DNA of 64,000 nt from Squalus acanthias (taxonomy: Eukaryota). The notes below the pieces were generated by a model. That model saw nothing but the letters and a program-made list of their open reading frames with translations, was not told where the DNA came from and searched no databases. Below, piece after piece: positions 39,570-49,828 of the stretch. Where the stretch lies: NCBI GenBank assembly GCA_030390025.1, contig CM059432.1, positions 5,704,001 to 5,768,000 on the forward strand, read 5' to 3'. Made by a program: the position numbers and the translations under genes. How positions within the stretch are numbered: position 1 is the first letter of the stretch; each line of letters begins with the position of its first letter.

Positions 39570-39781
39570 CAAAATACTGCGGATGCTGGAAATCCGAAAT
39601 AACAACAGAAAACGCTGGAAAAACTCAGCAGGCCAGGCAGCATCCGTGGAGAGAGAAACAGAGTTAACGTTTCAGGTCGAAGTTCTGACGAAAGGTCTTC
39701 GACCTGAAACGTTAACTCTGTTTCTCTCTCCACGGATGCTGCCTCGCCTGCTGAGTTTTTCCAGCGTTTTCTGTTGTTACT
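39570..39781. mobile_element. Palindromic PLE mini-element inserted in a CR1 fragment (39495-40205)
   Basis: Two inverted arms; 12-bp TSD TTGGATAGGTTG at 39558-39569 and 39782-39793. Confidence 0.9.
39681..39717 (+). ncRNA. Minimal hammerhead ribozyme motif (PLE family 1), perfect copy
   Basis: AGTT-CTGACGA-A-AGGTC ttc GACCT-GAAAC-GTT-AACT. Confidence 0.82.
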
Positions 39782-41479
39782 TTGGATAGGTTGGGTTTGT
39801 TTTCTTTGGAACAGAGGAGGCAGAGGGAGACCTTATTGAGGTGTATAAAATTATGAGGGGCCTAGATAGAGTGGATAGGAAGGACCTATTTCCCTTAGCA
39901 GAGAGGTCAATAACCAGGGGGGCATAGATTTTAAGTAATTGGTAGGAGGTTTAGAGGGGATTAGAGGGGAAACTTCTTCACCCAGAGGGTGGTGGAGGTC
40001 TGGAACTCACTGCCTGAAAGGGTGGTAGAGGCAGAAACCCTCATCGCATTTAAAAAGTACTTGGATACGCACTTGAAGTGCCGTAACCTACAGGGCTACG
40101 GACCAAGTGCTGGGAAGTGGGATTAGGCTGGATAGCTCTTTGTCGGCCGGTGTGGACACGATGGGCCGAATGGCCGCCTCCTGTGCAGTAAATTTCTATG
40201 ATTCTGTAAGTGAGAATTAATTTTGTCCTTGACAGTGGTCTCTAGTAGACTGACTGGCCTGCAATTGCCAGGTTTATCCGCCTCCTTTTTTCTTGAACAG
40301 GAGTGTAACATTTGCAGTCCTCCAAATATGCCTGTGTTCTTCAATAATTTTCTTCTTTCTTCAACAGATTTTTAAAAGTAAGTTGTTGCAATTTGAGGTC
40401 ACAAAAGCATTTTGTAAACACTTACATCATATTGATCATTCTTTTGCTGCACTCATAACTAAGCAGGTTTTGCATGTCTAGCCAAAGCTTCACCATATTT
40501 GCATCTACAGTCAAATTCAGCACCTATCACTTGCCTCTTGAAAAATACCTTATGTATTCACTTAGATAAAACCATTTTATCTTTTAAAATTAGTTACAGA
40601 ACTGCTCATGGCCTACTGGCCCAGCAAAGCGGTTTCCAAATCACCAACATTATTTTTTTACAGCTCCAGCTGTGTTAGTGATTGACGGGTACGACAATCG
40701 ACCTCTGTCTCCCAATCAAATCGTTAAAAGGAACTGTCAAACTGAACAGATCACACATCATGGTTCAGTTTTAAATCATTCTTCTCTCCAGCCCGTATCG
40801 GATGAAACTTGCGGTGCGGTCTGTTTTCGGGTGGGGTACGTGGCGTGCCGTGGTTGCAGTGTGTGCTATCTACAGGATCCATTGCAGCAAGTCGCAAAGG
40901 CTTCTTCGCCAGCGCGCCCCCCCCCACCCCCACCCCCAAACCTGCGGCTTCCGCCACTTAGAAGGACAAAGCTAGGACGTACATGGGCAAGCCATCACCT
41001 CCAAGTCGCACACCGTCCTGGCTTGGACATACGTTCCTTCATCGTCGCTGGGTCAAAATGCTGCAATTCCCTACTTATCAGCACTGTTGGGAGTACCTTC
41101 ACCACACGGACTGCAGCGGTTCAAGAAGGCAGCTCACCACCACCTTCTCAAGGCGACTAGGCATAGGCGATAAATACCGACCTTGCCAGCGAAGCCCACA
41201 GCCTGAAGAACGATTAAAAATAAAAGATGTTGGAGTGATGTTAGAATGCTCCCCTGTACTTAATTTTCTTGGGCCTCAGCCTGGTAAAAGGCATAAATGC
41301 TGCAAAGCCCGCTGAAAGTGAGACTTGGAGGTTGCGTCCGGTCTCATCGTATTAGAGGAAAAAGGGCTTCCTTTTCAGGGCCAGCAAGGAGGGGCAGTGC
41401 GTTTGGACAACAGCCAGCAGGCCCTGAAACCAAAAGCCACTACCAATGCTAGAAGAACTATGAGAAGTATTTTAATAGA

Positions 41480-43768
41480 AACACAAGATTCATACAGCAC
41501 AGAAGGAGGCCATTCGGCCCATCGTGCCTGTGCCAGCTCTTTGAAAGAACTCTCCAATTAGTCCCACTCCCCCTGCTCTTTCCACATAGCCCTGCAAAAA
41601 ACATTTTTTTTTACAGGGCTATGGATTGCCCTATAAGGACAGATTGAGTAGACTAGGCCTATATTCTCTCGAGTTTAGAAGAATGAGCGGTGATCTCATT
41701 GAAACATACAAAATTCTTACAGGGCTTGACAGGGTCGATGCAGGGAGGATGTTTCCCCTGACTGGGGAGTCTAGAACCAGGGGTCACAGTCTCAGGATAA
41801 GGGGTCGGCCATTTAGGACTGAGATGAGGAGAAATTTCTTCACTCAGAGGGTGGTGAATCTTTGGAATTCTCAACCCCAGAGGGCTGTGGAGGCTCAGTC
41901 GTTGAGTATATGCAAGACAAGAGATTGATAGATTTTTGAATATTAAGGGAATCAAGGGATATGGGGATAGTGCAGGAAAGTGGAGATGAGGTAGAAGATC
42001 AGCCATGACCTTATTGAATGGCCTATTTCTTATGTTCACATATATAGAACCTTGGACCGCGTTTAAAGTACCATGCACAGGTGCGGTCTCCATATTACAA
42101 AAAGGATATGGAAGCACTGGAGAGAGTGCAAAAAAAGAGTTACAAGGATGATACCAGCACTGAGGGGGTACAACTAACAAGAAAGACTAAACAGGCTGGG
42201 GCTCTTTTCTCTAGAAAAGACAAGACTGATAGAGGTCTTTAAAATTATGACAGGTTCGATAGAGATGTTTTCACTTGTGAGGAGTCCAAAACTAGGGGCC
42301 ATCAATATAAGATAGTCACCTAATAAATCCAATGAGGAATTCAGGAGAAACTTCTTTACCCAGAGAATGTGGAACTCGCTACCACAGGGAGTGGTTGAGA
42401 CGAATATCATAGAAGGGATTTAAGGGAAAGCTAGATAAGTACATGAGGGAGAACGGAATAGAAGTATTTGTTGCTAGGGTGAGATGAAGTAAAAAGAGTA
42501 GGAGGAGGCTCGTGTGGAGCATAAACACCGGCACAGACCAGTTGGGCCAAATGTCCTATTTCTGTGCTGTAAATAATATGTCATAGAATCACAGACTCTT
42601 ACAGATCTGAAGGAGGCCATTCGACCCGTTGTGACTGTGCCAGCTTTTTGAAAGAGCTATCCAATTAGTCCCACTCCCCTGCACTTGCCCCATAGCCCTG
42701 CCATGTTTTCCTTTATATCCAATTTCCTTTTGAAAGTTACTATTGAATCTGCTTCCACCGCCCTTTCAGGCAGCACACTCCAGATCACAACAATTCGCTG
42801 TGTAAAAAAAAAAAATGTCCGCATCTCCCCTCTGGTTCTTTTGCTAATTATCTTAAATCTGTGTAGAAATTATATCTATTATATGGTAAATTCAGTATGT
42901 AATGCACGTGCTTCATTGAGAACTCGTAAGTATCTGAAGTACCCATTACTCGTATAGATGCCACTGTAATAGATATTTTCAATTTAAAGGTGTCACGTGA
43001 CTCACCATAATTGCTATTTTACAGTTAGAGTGTGCTAGCCTGAGATTACACAATCTGGCGACTGGATTCCCACAAATCACTCAAAACGCTTTCTGATGGT
43101 TTTTTTTTAATCCACCATTCTTTTCTGAAGCAAATAAAGCTTATCCAAGGGAAACAGTTAGGAAGAGAGGGTAGGAAATTGGTTGAGGGCGAAGAGTCCC
43201 CTGACCTCTTGGCACCCACCCTTGGAGGATAGTGGATGTGGGGTTAAGGCTGAGGTGAATGACTGTGGAGCAAGGGGGAGGAGGAGAGGAGACAGGGATG
43301 TGTGGGTCCTTCAAAGGGGAAGAGTTAGGGATAAGAGTCATAGTCATAGAGTCAACGGCACAGAAGGAGGCCATTTGGCCCATCGAGTCCGTGCCGGCTC
43401 TCTCTAGAGTAATCCAGTTAGTCCAATTCCCCCGCTCTATCCCCGTAGCCCTGCAAGTTTGTTTCCCTCAAGTGCCTCTCCAATCTCCCCTTGAAAACAC
43501 TGAGTGTCTCCACTTCCGTCGGCAGTGAGTTCCAGGTCCTCACCACTCGCTGCGTATAAAAGTTTTTCCTCACATCCCCCCCTGTATCTCTTGCCCAAAA
43601 CCTTAAATCTGTGTCCCCCTAGTCCTTGTACCATCAACTAGTGGGAACAGTCTTTCCCCGTCTAGCCTATCCAAACCCGTCATAATCTTGTACACCTCTA
43701 TCAAATCACCCCTCAACCTCCTTTGCTCGAATGAAAACAAATCCAGCTTCTCCACCCTGTCCTTATAG
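41480..43768. mobile_element. Cluster of CR1 3' fragments in both orientations
   Basis: ORFs with GLYSLEFRR/RRNFFTQRVV and multiple CR1 tails; some unique sequence at ~42865-43340. Confidence 0.75.
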
Positions 43769-43769
43769 G

Positions 43770-44181
43770 GCATTGCTTCAACCAGCAGACATTTCAGCAG
43801 GCACTGTACTTAGGCTAACTGTGGGGGATTCTCGTCTAAACATGCCTTAAAAACAGGACCACAACTACGCCTGGACCCAGCACAGCCTAAAGGTAGCATC
43901 CCCCAGTGACACTGCTGAGTATAACTTGAATCTGAATTATTTTCTGTTTTCAGTCATTATATGGTTAGAATGTGGCACTCGCTTCCAGAAGGAGAGGTTG
44001 AGGCGAATAGCACAGATGCATTTAAGGGGAAGCTGGATAAACACATGAGAGAGAACGGAATAGAAGGTGATGCTGATGGGGTGAGATGAAGAGGGGTGGG
44101 AGGAGGCTCTCGTGGAGTGTAAACACCGGCACGGACCAGTTGGGCCGAATGGCCTGTTTCTGCGCTGTACGTTCTATGTAA
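43770..44181 (+). pseudogene. Decayed duplicate of POP1 exon 3451-3570 plus ~290 bp of its downstream intron
   Basis: Colinear with 3451-~3860. The exon-equivalent 43770-43892 has three 1-bp insertions and an early TAG; the donor context AAAG|gtagcatccccc is retained. Confidence 0.92.
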
Positions 44182-44646
44182 ATAAAAAAGGATAGGAGTG
44201 AGTGATCGTCGGAAGGGGAGGAGGATCGTGGGAAGGGTGAGGGGGCAGAGGATGTAACGGTAACGATAGGGTGGAGTGAAGCATTAGTGACCGCAGGGGG
44301 TGGGGGTTGGGAAGGGAATCGCTGAGGGCAACCTTTGACCTGCAACTCCCGCACCCCAAATGCAGCCTACAGTCATTGGTGTCTCCTTTCCCCATTGCAC
44401 AATGTCAAAACCGTCCCAACCACCTCCAACCCAAGACAGGCAGAGATGAAGAGGACAGCGAGAGAAACAAAAAAGAAGAGTTAAGGAGAAGCAGCAGAAG
44501 AGAGAAAGAGACAAACAGCAACACATCAGAGCCAAGTAAGAGAGCGACCATATTCTGACTTGCCATGTGCAATGCTACAGAAGATCAACTAGTTTTTTTA
44601 ATACATCTGTTGACCAGTTAGAAATAAGTTTTGAACAGGAAACCAT

Positions 44647-44652
44647 TTTATT
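44647..44652 (-). promoter_or_regulatory. Candidate NIPAL2 polyadenylation signal
   Basis: AATAAA on the minus strand ~1.1 kb after the stop, in AT-rich UTR-like sequence. Confidence 0.35.
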
Positions 44653-45730
44653 CGCAATGACAACGGAACTTTAACATTTGAAAGACTCAAATATTAAGTA
44701 AATACTTGAAAGTAACTAAAAAATAAATATTCTATCCTGTAGATTAAAATAATAAATGACTGAACTTTGTAATTACAGTACTTAAGGTTGTGGGTTCAAG
44801 TCCCACTCCAGAGACTTGAGCAAATCTAGGCTGACACTCCAGTGCCAGTACTGAGGGAGTGCTGCATTGTCAGAGGTGCCATTGTTCAAATGAGACATTA
44901 AACCGAGGCCCCGTCTGCTCTCTCAGGTGGGCATAAAAGATCCCACGGCACTATTTCGAAGAAGAGCAGGGGAGTTCTCCCCAGTGTCCTGGCCAATATT
45001 TATCCCTCAATCACCATCACTAAAGCAGATTATCTGGTCATTATCACATTGCTGTTTGTGGGATCTTGTTGTGCGCAAACTGACTGCCGCGTTTCCTACA
45101 TTACAACAGTGACTACACTTCAAAAAGTACTTCATTGGCTCTAAAGCACTTTGGGACGTCCTGAGGTCATGAAAGGCACTATGGAAATGCAAGTTCTTTG
45201 TTTAAGATAATCTACACCGTTACCCTAGAATAGATGCCACTTCTTTCAGCGATTTTCCTTTACACTTCCATTGAGTGAAGCAGCCAAGCTGGCCTTCTCC
45301 TCAAATGCAATTTCAGAACAGATAAAATAAATAATGGAAAGAATTTTCATCTTGTTTCTTTGCCTAAACCTTGAAATAAATATGCATCTGTTTGTCAAGA
45401 AGTAATTTTCACAACCTAAGTAGTGGAACCTTTTGAGTCCAAAGTGAGTCGCCCAATATCAAACAAGGCCATTTAGAGTGACCTTTTTATACATTTTTTT
45501 TAAAAAGCTGGCAACAGTCAAGAAGGGTGTTATTTTCCAGTGTAAACACTTAAGTTGTCTGATTGAACCACAATTGGCTCAACAGGGCAGAGCAGAGACA
45601 CAATATTGTCAAATGAGGAATTCTAGCCCCAGTTGGAAACCAGGCCCAGAATATCTAATTTGATGAGGTGTTAAGGTTCCGTTAATGCTTGGCTTGAGTA
45701 TCAAATCCATTTCAATCTGCGCTTTAATGC

Positions 45731-45840
45731 TTAGTTTGTATCTTCACTCGGAGAGTCATTCGTCCGTTCTTCACCGTGTACAGTCCCATAAGAATTGATG
45801 TTACTCAGCCCTGGCTGGACTTTGTCTGTGTTTCGTTGCT
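45731..45840 (-). CDS. NIPAL2: NIPAL2 terminal coding exon
   Basis: Strong acceptor ttttttcttttttcggcag|AG in phase 1. (K)QRNTDKVQPGLSNINSYGTVHGEERTNDSPSEDTN then TAA, similar to human KQMLDKIQPDSHSLSYGTL. Convergent synteny with POP1 supports NIPAL2 over paralogues. Confidence 0.88.
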
Positions 45841-46153
45841 CTGCCGAAAAAAGAAAAAATGTCGTTAAGTATATATTTTTTTTCAACGTTTAATTGCTTC
45901 TTTAAGATGGAATTAACATCAAACCTGTCATGACCACTGATAACGTTGCTGCTCTTATTATTTTCTCATATCAGGCTCGAGGGGCCAAGTGGCCTATTCC
46001 TGCTCCTATTTCTTATCTCATAGCTACTTATGAAGATGGTCAAGGTGGCTGTACCTCTGAATCCATTTCCTGCTATCTGGACTTTTTGCACTATTTCTGA
46101 GAGGCTGGAATTTAATTTGCTACAGTGGATTATAACCAGTTATGCATTGTGCT

Positions 46154-46360
46154 ACAACAACAGGAAATGCTGGAGACACTCAGCAGGTCGAGAAAAAACA
46201 GAGTCAACGTTTCAGGTCTGTGACCTTTCATCACAGGGTCACCGACCTGAAACGTTAACTCTGTTTCTCTCTCTCCAAGGACGCTGCCTGACCTGCTGAG
46301 CGTTTCCAGCATTTTCTGTTGTTGTATCAGATTTCCAGCCTCCGCAGTATTTTGCTATAT
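46154..46360. mobile_element. Palindromic PLE mini-element in the last NIPAL2 intron
   Basis: Inverted arms; TSD ATTGTGCT at 46146-46153 and 46361-46368. The CUGA core is lost at the central junction. Confidence 0.8.
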
Positions 46361-46388
46361 ATTGTGCTCTCTGCCTTCTGCACTGTAA

Positions 46389-46630
46389 TTTGTGCATCCG
46401 GGAAGGCGTCGAACACCTCGCGTCTCTTCGCCGGGAGCAAGCGGAAGCCAAGCGCAGGCAGCGGAAGGAGCGCACGTCAACCCAAGCACCCCACCCACCC
46501 GCCCCTTCAACCACCGTCTGCCCCACCTGTGACAGAGACTGTAGGTCCCACATTGGACTCATCAGTCACCTGAGAACTCATTTTTAATGTGGAAGCAAGT
46601 CATCCTCGGTTCCGAGGGACTGCCTAAGAA
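46389..46630 (+). mobile_element. RTE-clade LINE 3' end
   Basis: Basic stretch KRRQRKER then C-terminal C2H2-type motif CPTCDRDCRSHIGLISHLRTH, typical of RTE ORF ends; short 3'UTR. Confidence 0.7.
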
Positions 46631-47219
46631 CTTGTGCAAAATACAGCATTAGAAGTAAACACAAAAACAGGTTCATCAGAAATGAAGGAGTTACTTTGCG
46701 AGATGATCTACTGAAACAGAGTTACTTGAACATATATTTCCATTGGTTCTCAAGCCATGGAATGTGTGAGGCAAGGAGTGTTGTCAGGGAACATTGGGAG
46801 AGAGTGGGACTGTTTCCAATGACAACACACCAAGCAAACCATTCCAGTGCAGTAAGAGATGGGTTAGGAATGACAGTACATCTGCAAACCTAATGGAAAA
46901 AATTTTTGTCGGACAAAACTTTGAAAGATTTAGTAAGTTAAATGAGGGGACAGTTCTAAAATTCCAAGTTTCGGCGGCAGATGGGTTGAGGTGGAGTGGA
47001 CGCGTGTGATTTTACGGAGGTGTATTAGGCAGTCTTTGTGTGGAGAGGATATGGGTTTGGAAGCTCAGCTTGAAAGGGTTGTGTATTTAAATTATGGGCG
47101 TATGCTAGTTATTACGGATGTTGTATAGGTATAATAGGATCCGACGTTACTGAAAGTCTCTCTGATGAGTTTGTCTTGCAGCTGACTCACAGGTGAGTCA
47201 CCCTGCTTTGTTCTCCTCA

Positions 47220-47584
47220 ATGTGACTTGACATCGTTGCCTGTCTTTCCAGTTTTTAAAAAAAACAAACACAAAAAACAAACCCAAATGGAGAGGATATG
47301 CAGACAGCAGGTGTTTTGACACGTTGGACCCCCTGGGACACATCTCATTGTCTTGGCTGTGCTCTTAGTGTGTCTTTAATGTAGGGAAAGATTGTATCTC
47401 TGCATTTTCTCTGTGTTTATATTCTGTGAATTCTCATAGATTCTCTCTCAGTAACTTTACCTGAAGAAGGGGCAGGATAGCTCCGAAAGCTTGTAATTTT
47501 AAATAAATCTGTTGGACTATAACCTGGTGTTGTGCGACTTCTCATTTTTGTCCACCCCAGTCCAACGCCGGCATCTCCGCATCA
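47220..47584 (+). mobile_element. PLE family-2 3' terminal fragment
   Basis: Possible ORF-end remnant (FDTLDPLG), hammerhead motif, and terminal gttggactataacctggtgttgtgcgact...ccagtccaacgccggcatctcc. TSD TGTTCTCCTCA at 47209-47219 and 47585-47595. Confidence 0.75.
47457..47496 (+). ncRNA. Minimal hammerhead ribozyme motif (PLE family 2)
   Basis: TTAC-CTGAAGA-A-GGGGC aggata GCTCC-GAAAG-CTT-GTAA. Confidence 0.8.
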
Positions 47585-48952
47585 TGTTCTCCTCATGTTT
47601 GCCTTGAGGGTTTCAGCTTCTGACTCAGTTTCCTCCTCGGGATTCTCAATTTCCAGGCCTCGTTGAAGAGTAGAAATTGTGAAGGGCCCACAATTCATGA
47701 AATAACATTGGGAGCATACTGGAGATAGTCCCAGGTCTGGCATAGGCATCTAAATCTTCCTTCAGCATGTGAATTGCCTGTTCAATTTGACTTCAAGTGC
47801 AGATGTGAGCCTCGTTTGTAGCATTCCACCGCTTCACTGCTGGTCCTTCTCAATAGTGTTAGAAGCCACAGTCGTCTTCCATACCCTTATCTCCAAAAAT
47901 CCCGCCCTTGTTTCTGAAAGATTGCAAGTAGACTGCACTGCCAAAAGATGAATGAATCATAGCAACTCCCTGCATACTGCCATAAATATGCAGAAACCTG
48001 TCCCTGTATTCTCTCTCAATTTTTTTTCTTTATTCATTCACGGGATGTGGGCGTCGCTGGCAAGGCCAGCATTTATTGCCCATCCCTAATTGCCCTCGAG
48101 AAGGTGGCGGTGAGCCGCCTTCTTGAACCGCTGCAGTCCGTGTGGTGAAGGTGCTCCCACAGTGCTGTTAGGGAGGGAGTTCCAGGATTTTGACTCAGCG
48201 ATGACGAAGGAACGGCAATATATTTCCAAGTCAGGATGCTGTGTGAGTTGGAGGGGACCTTGGAGGTGGTGATGTTCCCATGCACCTGCTGCCCTTGTCC
48301 CTCTAGGCGGAAGAGGTCGCGGGTTTGGGAGGTGCTGCCGAAGAAGCCTTGGCGAGTTGCTGCAGTGCGTCTTGTAGATGGTACACACTGCAGCCACGGT
48401 ACGCTGGTGGTGGAGGGAGTGAATGTTTAAGGTGGACATTAAGGGGGTGAAATTCCTTTCAGTTCATATAATAGGCTGACAACAGGAACTTGTATGGGCG
48501 CATGACAGCAATCTATAGCTCCAAGTACTCATGGAAACCCATCAATCTGCTTAAAATGAGTTGGCCTCTCAACCATTTGTCTTGATCCTGCCCTGGACAA
48601 CAAGACATCAATTATTTGCTTTATGCAAGAATGGACAGCAAATTAACGCATTAGTAATGACGTTCTTGAGCCACAGTAAACGCTATCCTGCTTCTTGAGG
48701 AGGTTTGCCTGCTTCGCTGTGGGATGGTGCAATGTTCTTCCAAAGCTTCTGGGCTTGAACTGCAGCCTCATGCATAACTCCAAAGATATATTCAAATAAG
48801 ATCTTCTACCACCTGGTGACTGGGTATCTGTGGGAGGGTCTACATCTGCTGTGCTGTCATATGAGCCCGGCCTCCCAGTTTCTCTGCTGCTCCTCCTCCA
48901 ATTTATGATGTATATCGTAAGCGGGGAACCCCCATTGGAAATACTATACTAT

Positions 48953-49828
48953 GGGGGAGAAATTCAGTATCGCCCCATTTGGGGCGCAATTATCGGCCGG
49001 GCGCAAAGATTAGCGCCTGGCACTAATTATCGCCACCGACTGCAAACTTGACTTTTATCGCCCCTGGAGGTGATTGGAGCGCTAAATCAGGCGCTTCACA
49101 CCTGTCTTAAGGCGCAAAGGCCGAGGAGCGAGGCGCTACCTCAGAGCGCTGGCGAAGCTCATGTAATGTCAGTCAGCAATGGAACACACACACAATGGCA
49201 CAGGCCAGGTCTTAAAGGGGATGGTTAATCTCACTTTCCATCCACATCCTGCTAATTGCAGCCTTGAATCTCGGCCTGGAGAGACCTGCACATCAAATCT
49301 GCTGGAAAGAACAATGGAGAGTACCAGACAAAGAGCTCAGAGTGCAGCCCCCACAGTCTCTTCTAAATCGATACAAGGAATGGCAAATCAAAATGAAGCT
49401 GCAAAGTGCTGCTCAGTACCCAAAACTCCTTCACACAACGTTGAAACTCTCCAGAAGTCTCTCTCTCTCAGAATGCGTAGTTCAAAAATGGCACCAACAA
49501 TAAAAGGCAGGAAGTGGTCACCTTTAAATAGCGCTCCCCCTTTCCCTTCATGACTGCAGAACGCTCCACTCAAACTGTCGTTGCTAGCGTCAGGCGATAA
49601 GGCAGGGGGCGCCACTCAATATCCGCTCCGGGGCGTTGCGCACTCGACTGACGTCACGATCTGCCGGCGCAGGAGATCGTGGCGGTAGTGTTTAGCGCCG
49701 CCGCAAAATGTCTAGTTAATTTCGCGAGCAGCGCAAACTTCGCTGCGCCTGGGCGCTAGATGCTTTGCGCTCCATTAGCGCCCTCTTAAGGCGCTAACGG
49801 AAGGCGCAACCAACTGAATTTTTCCCCC
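48953..49828. mobile_element. CpG-rich non-autonomous DNA transposon, PIF/Harbinger-like
   Basis: TIR GGGGGAGAAATTCAGT / ACTGAATTTTTCCCCC; TAT on both flanks. Confidence 0.7.

Noticed and set aside
44307..44558. Charged 83-aa ORF with a donor-like gtaag near the POP1 pseudo-exon
   Set aside because: Purine-rich low-complexity sequence with no recognisable homology and no convincing acceptor.
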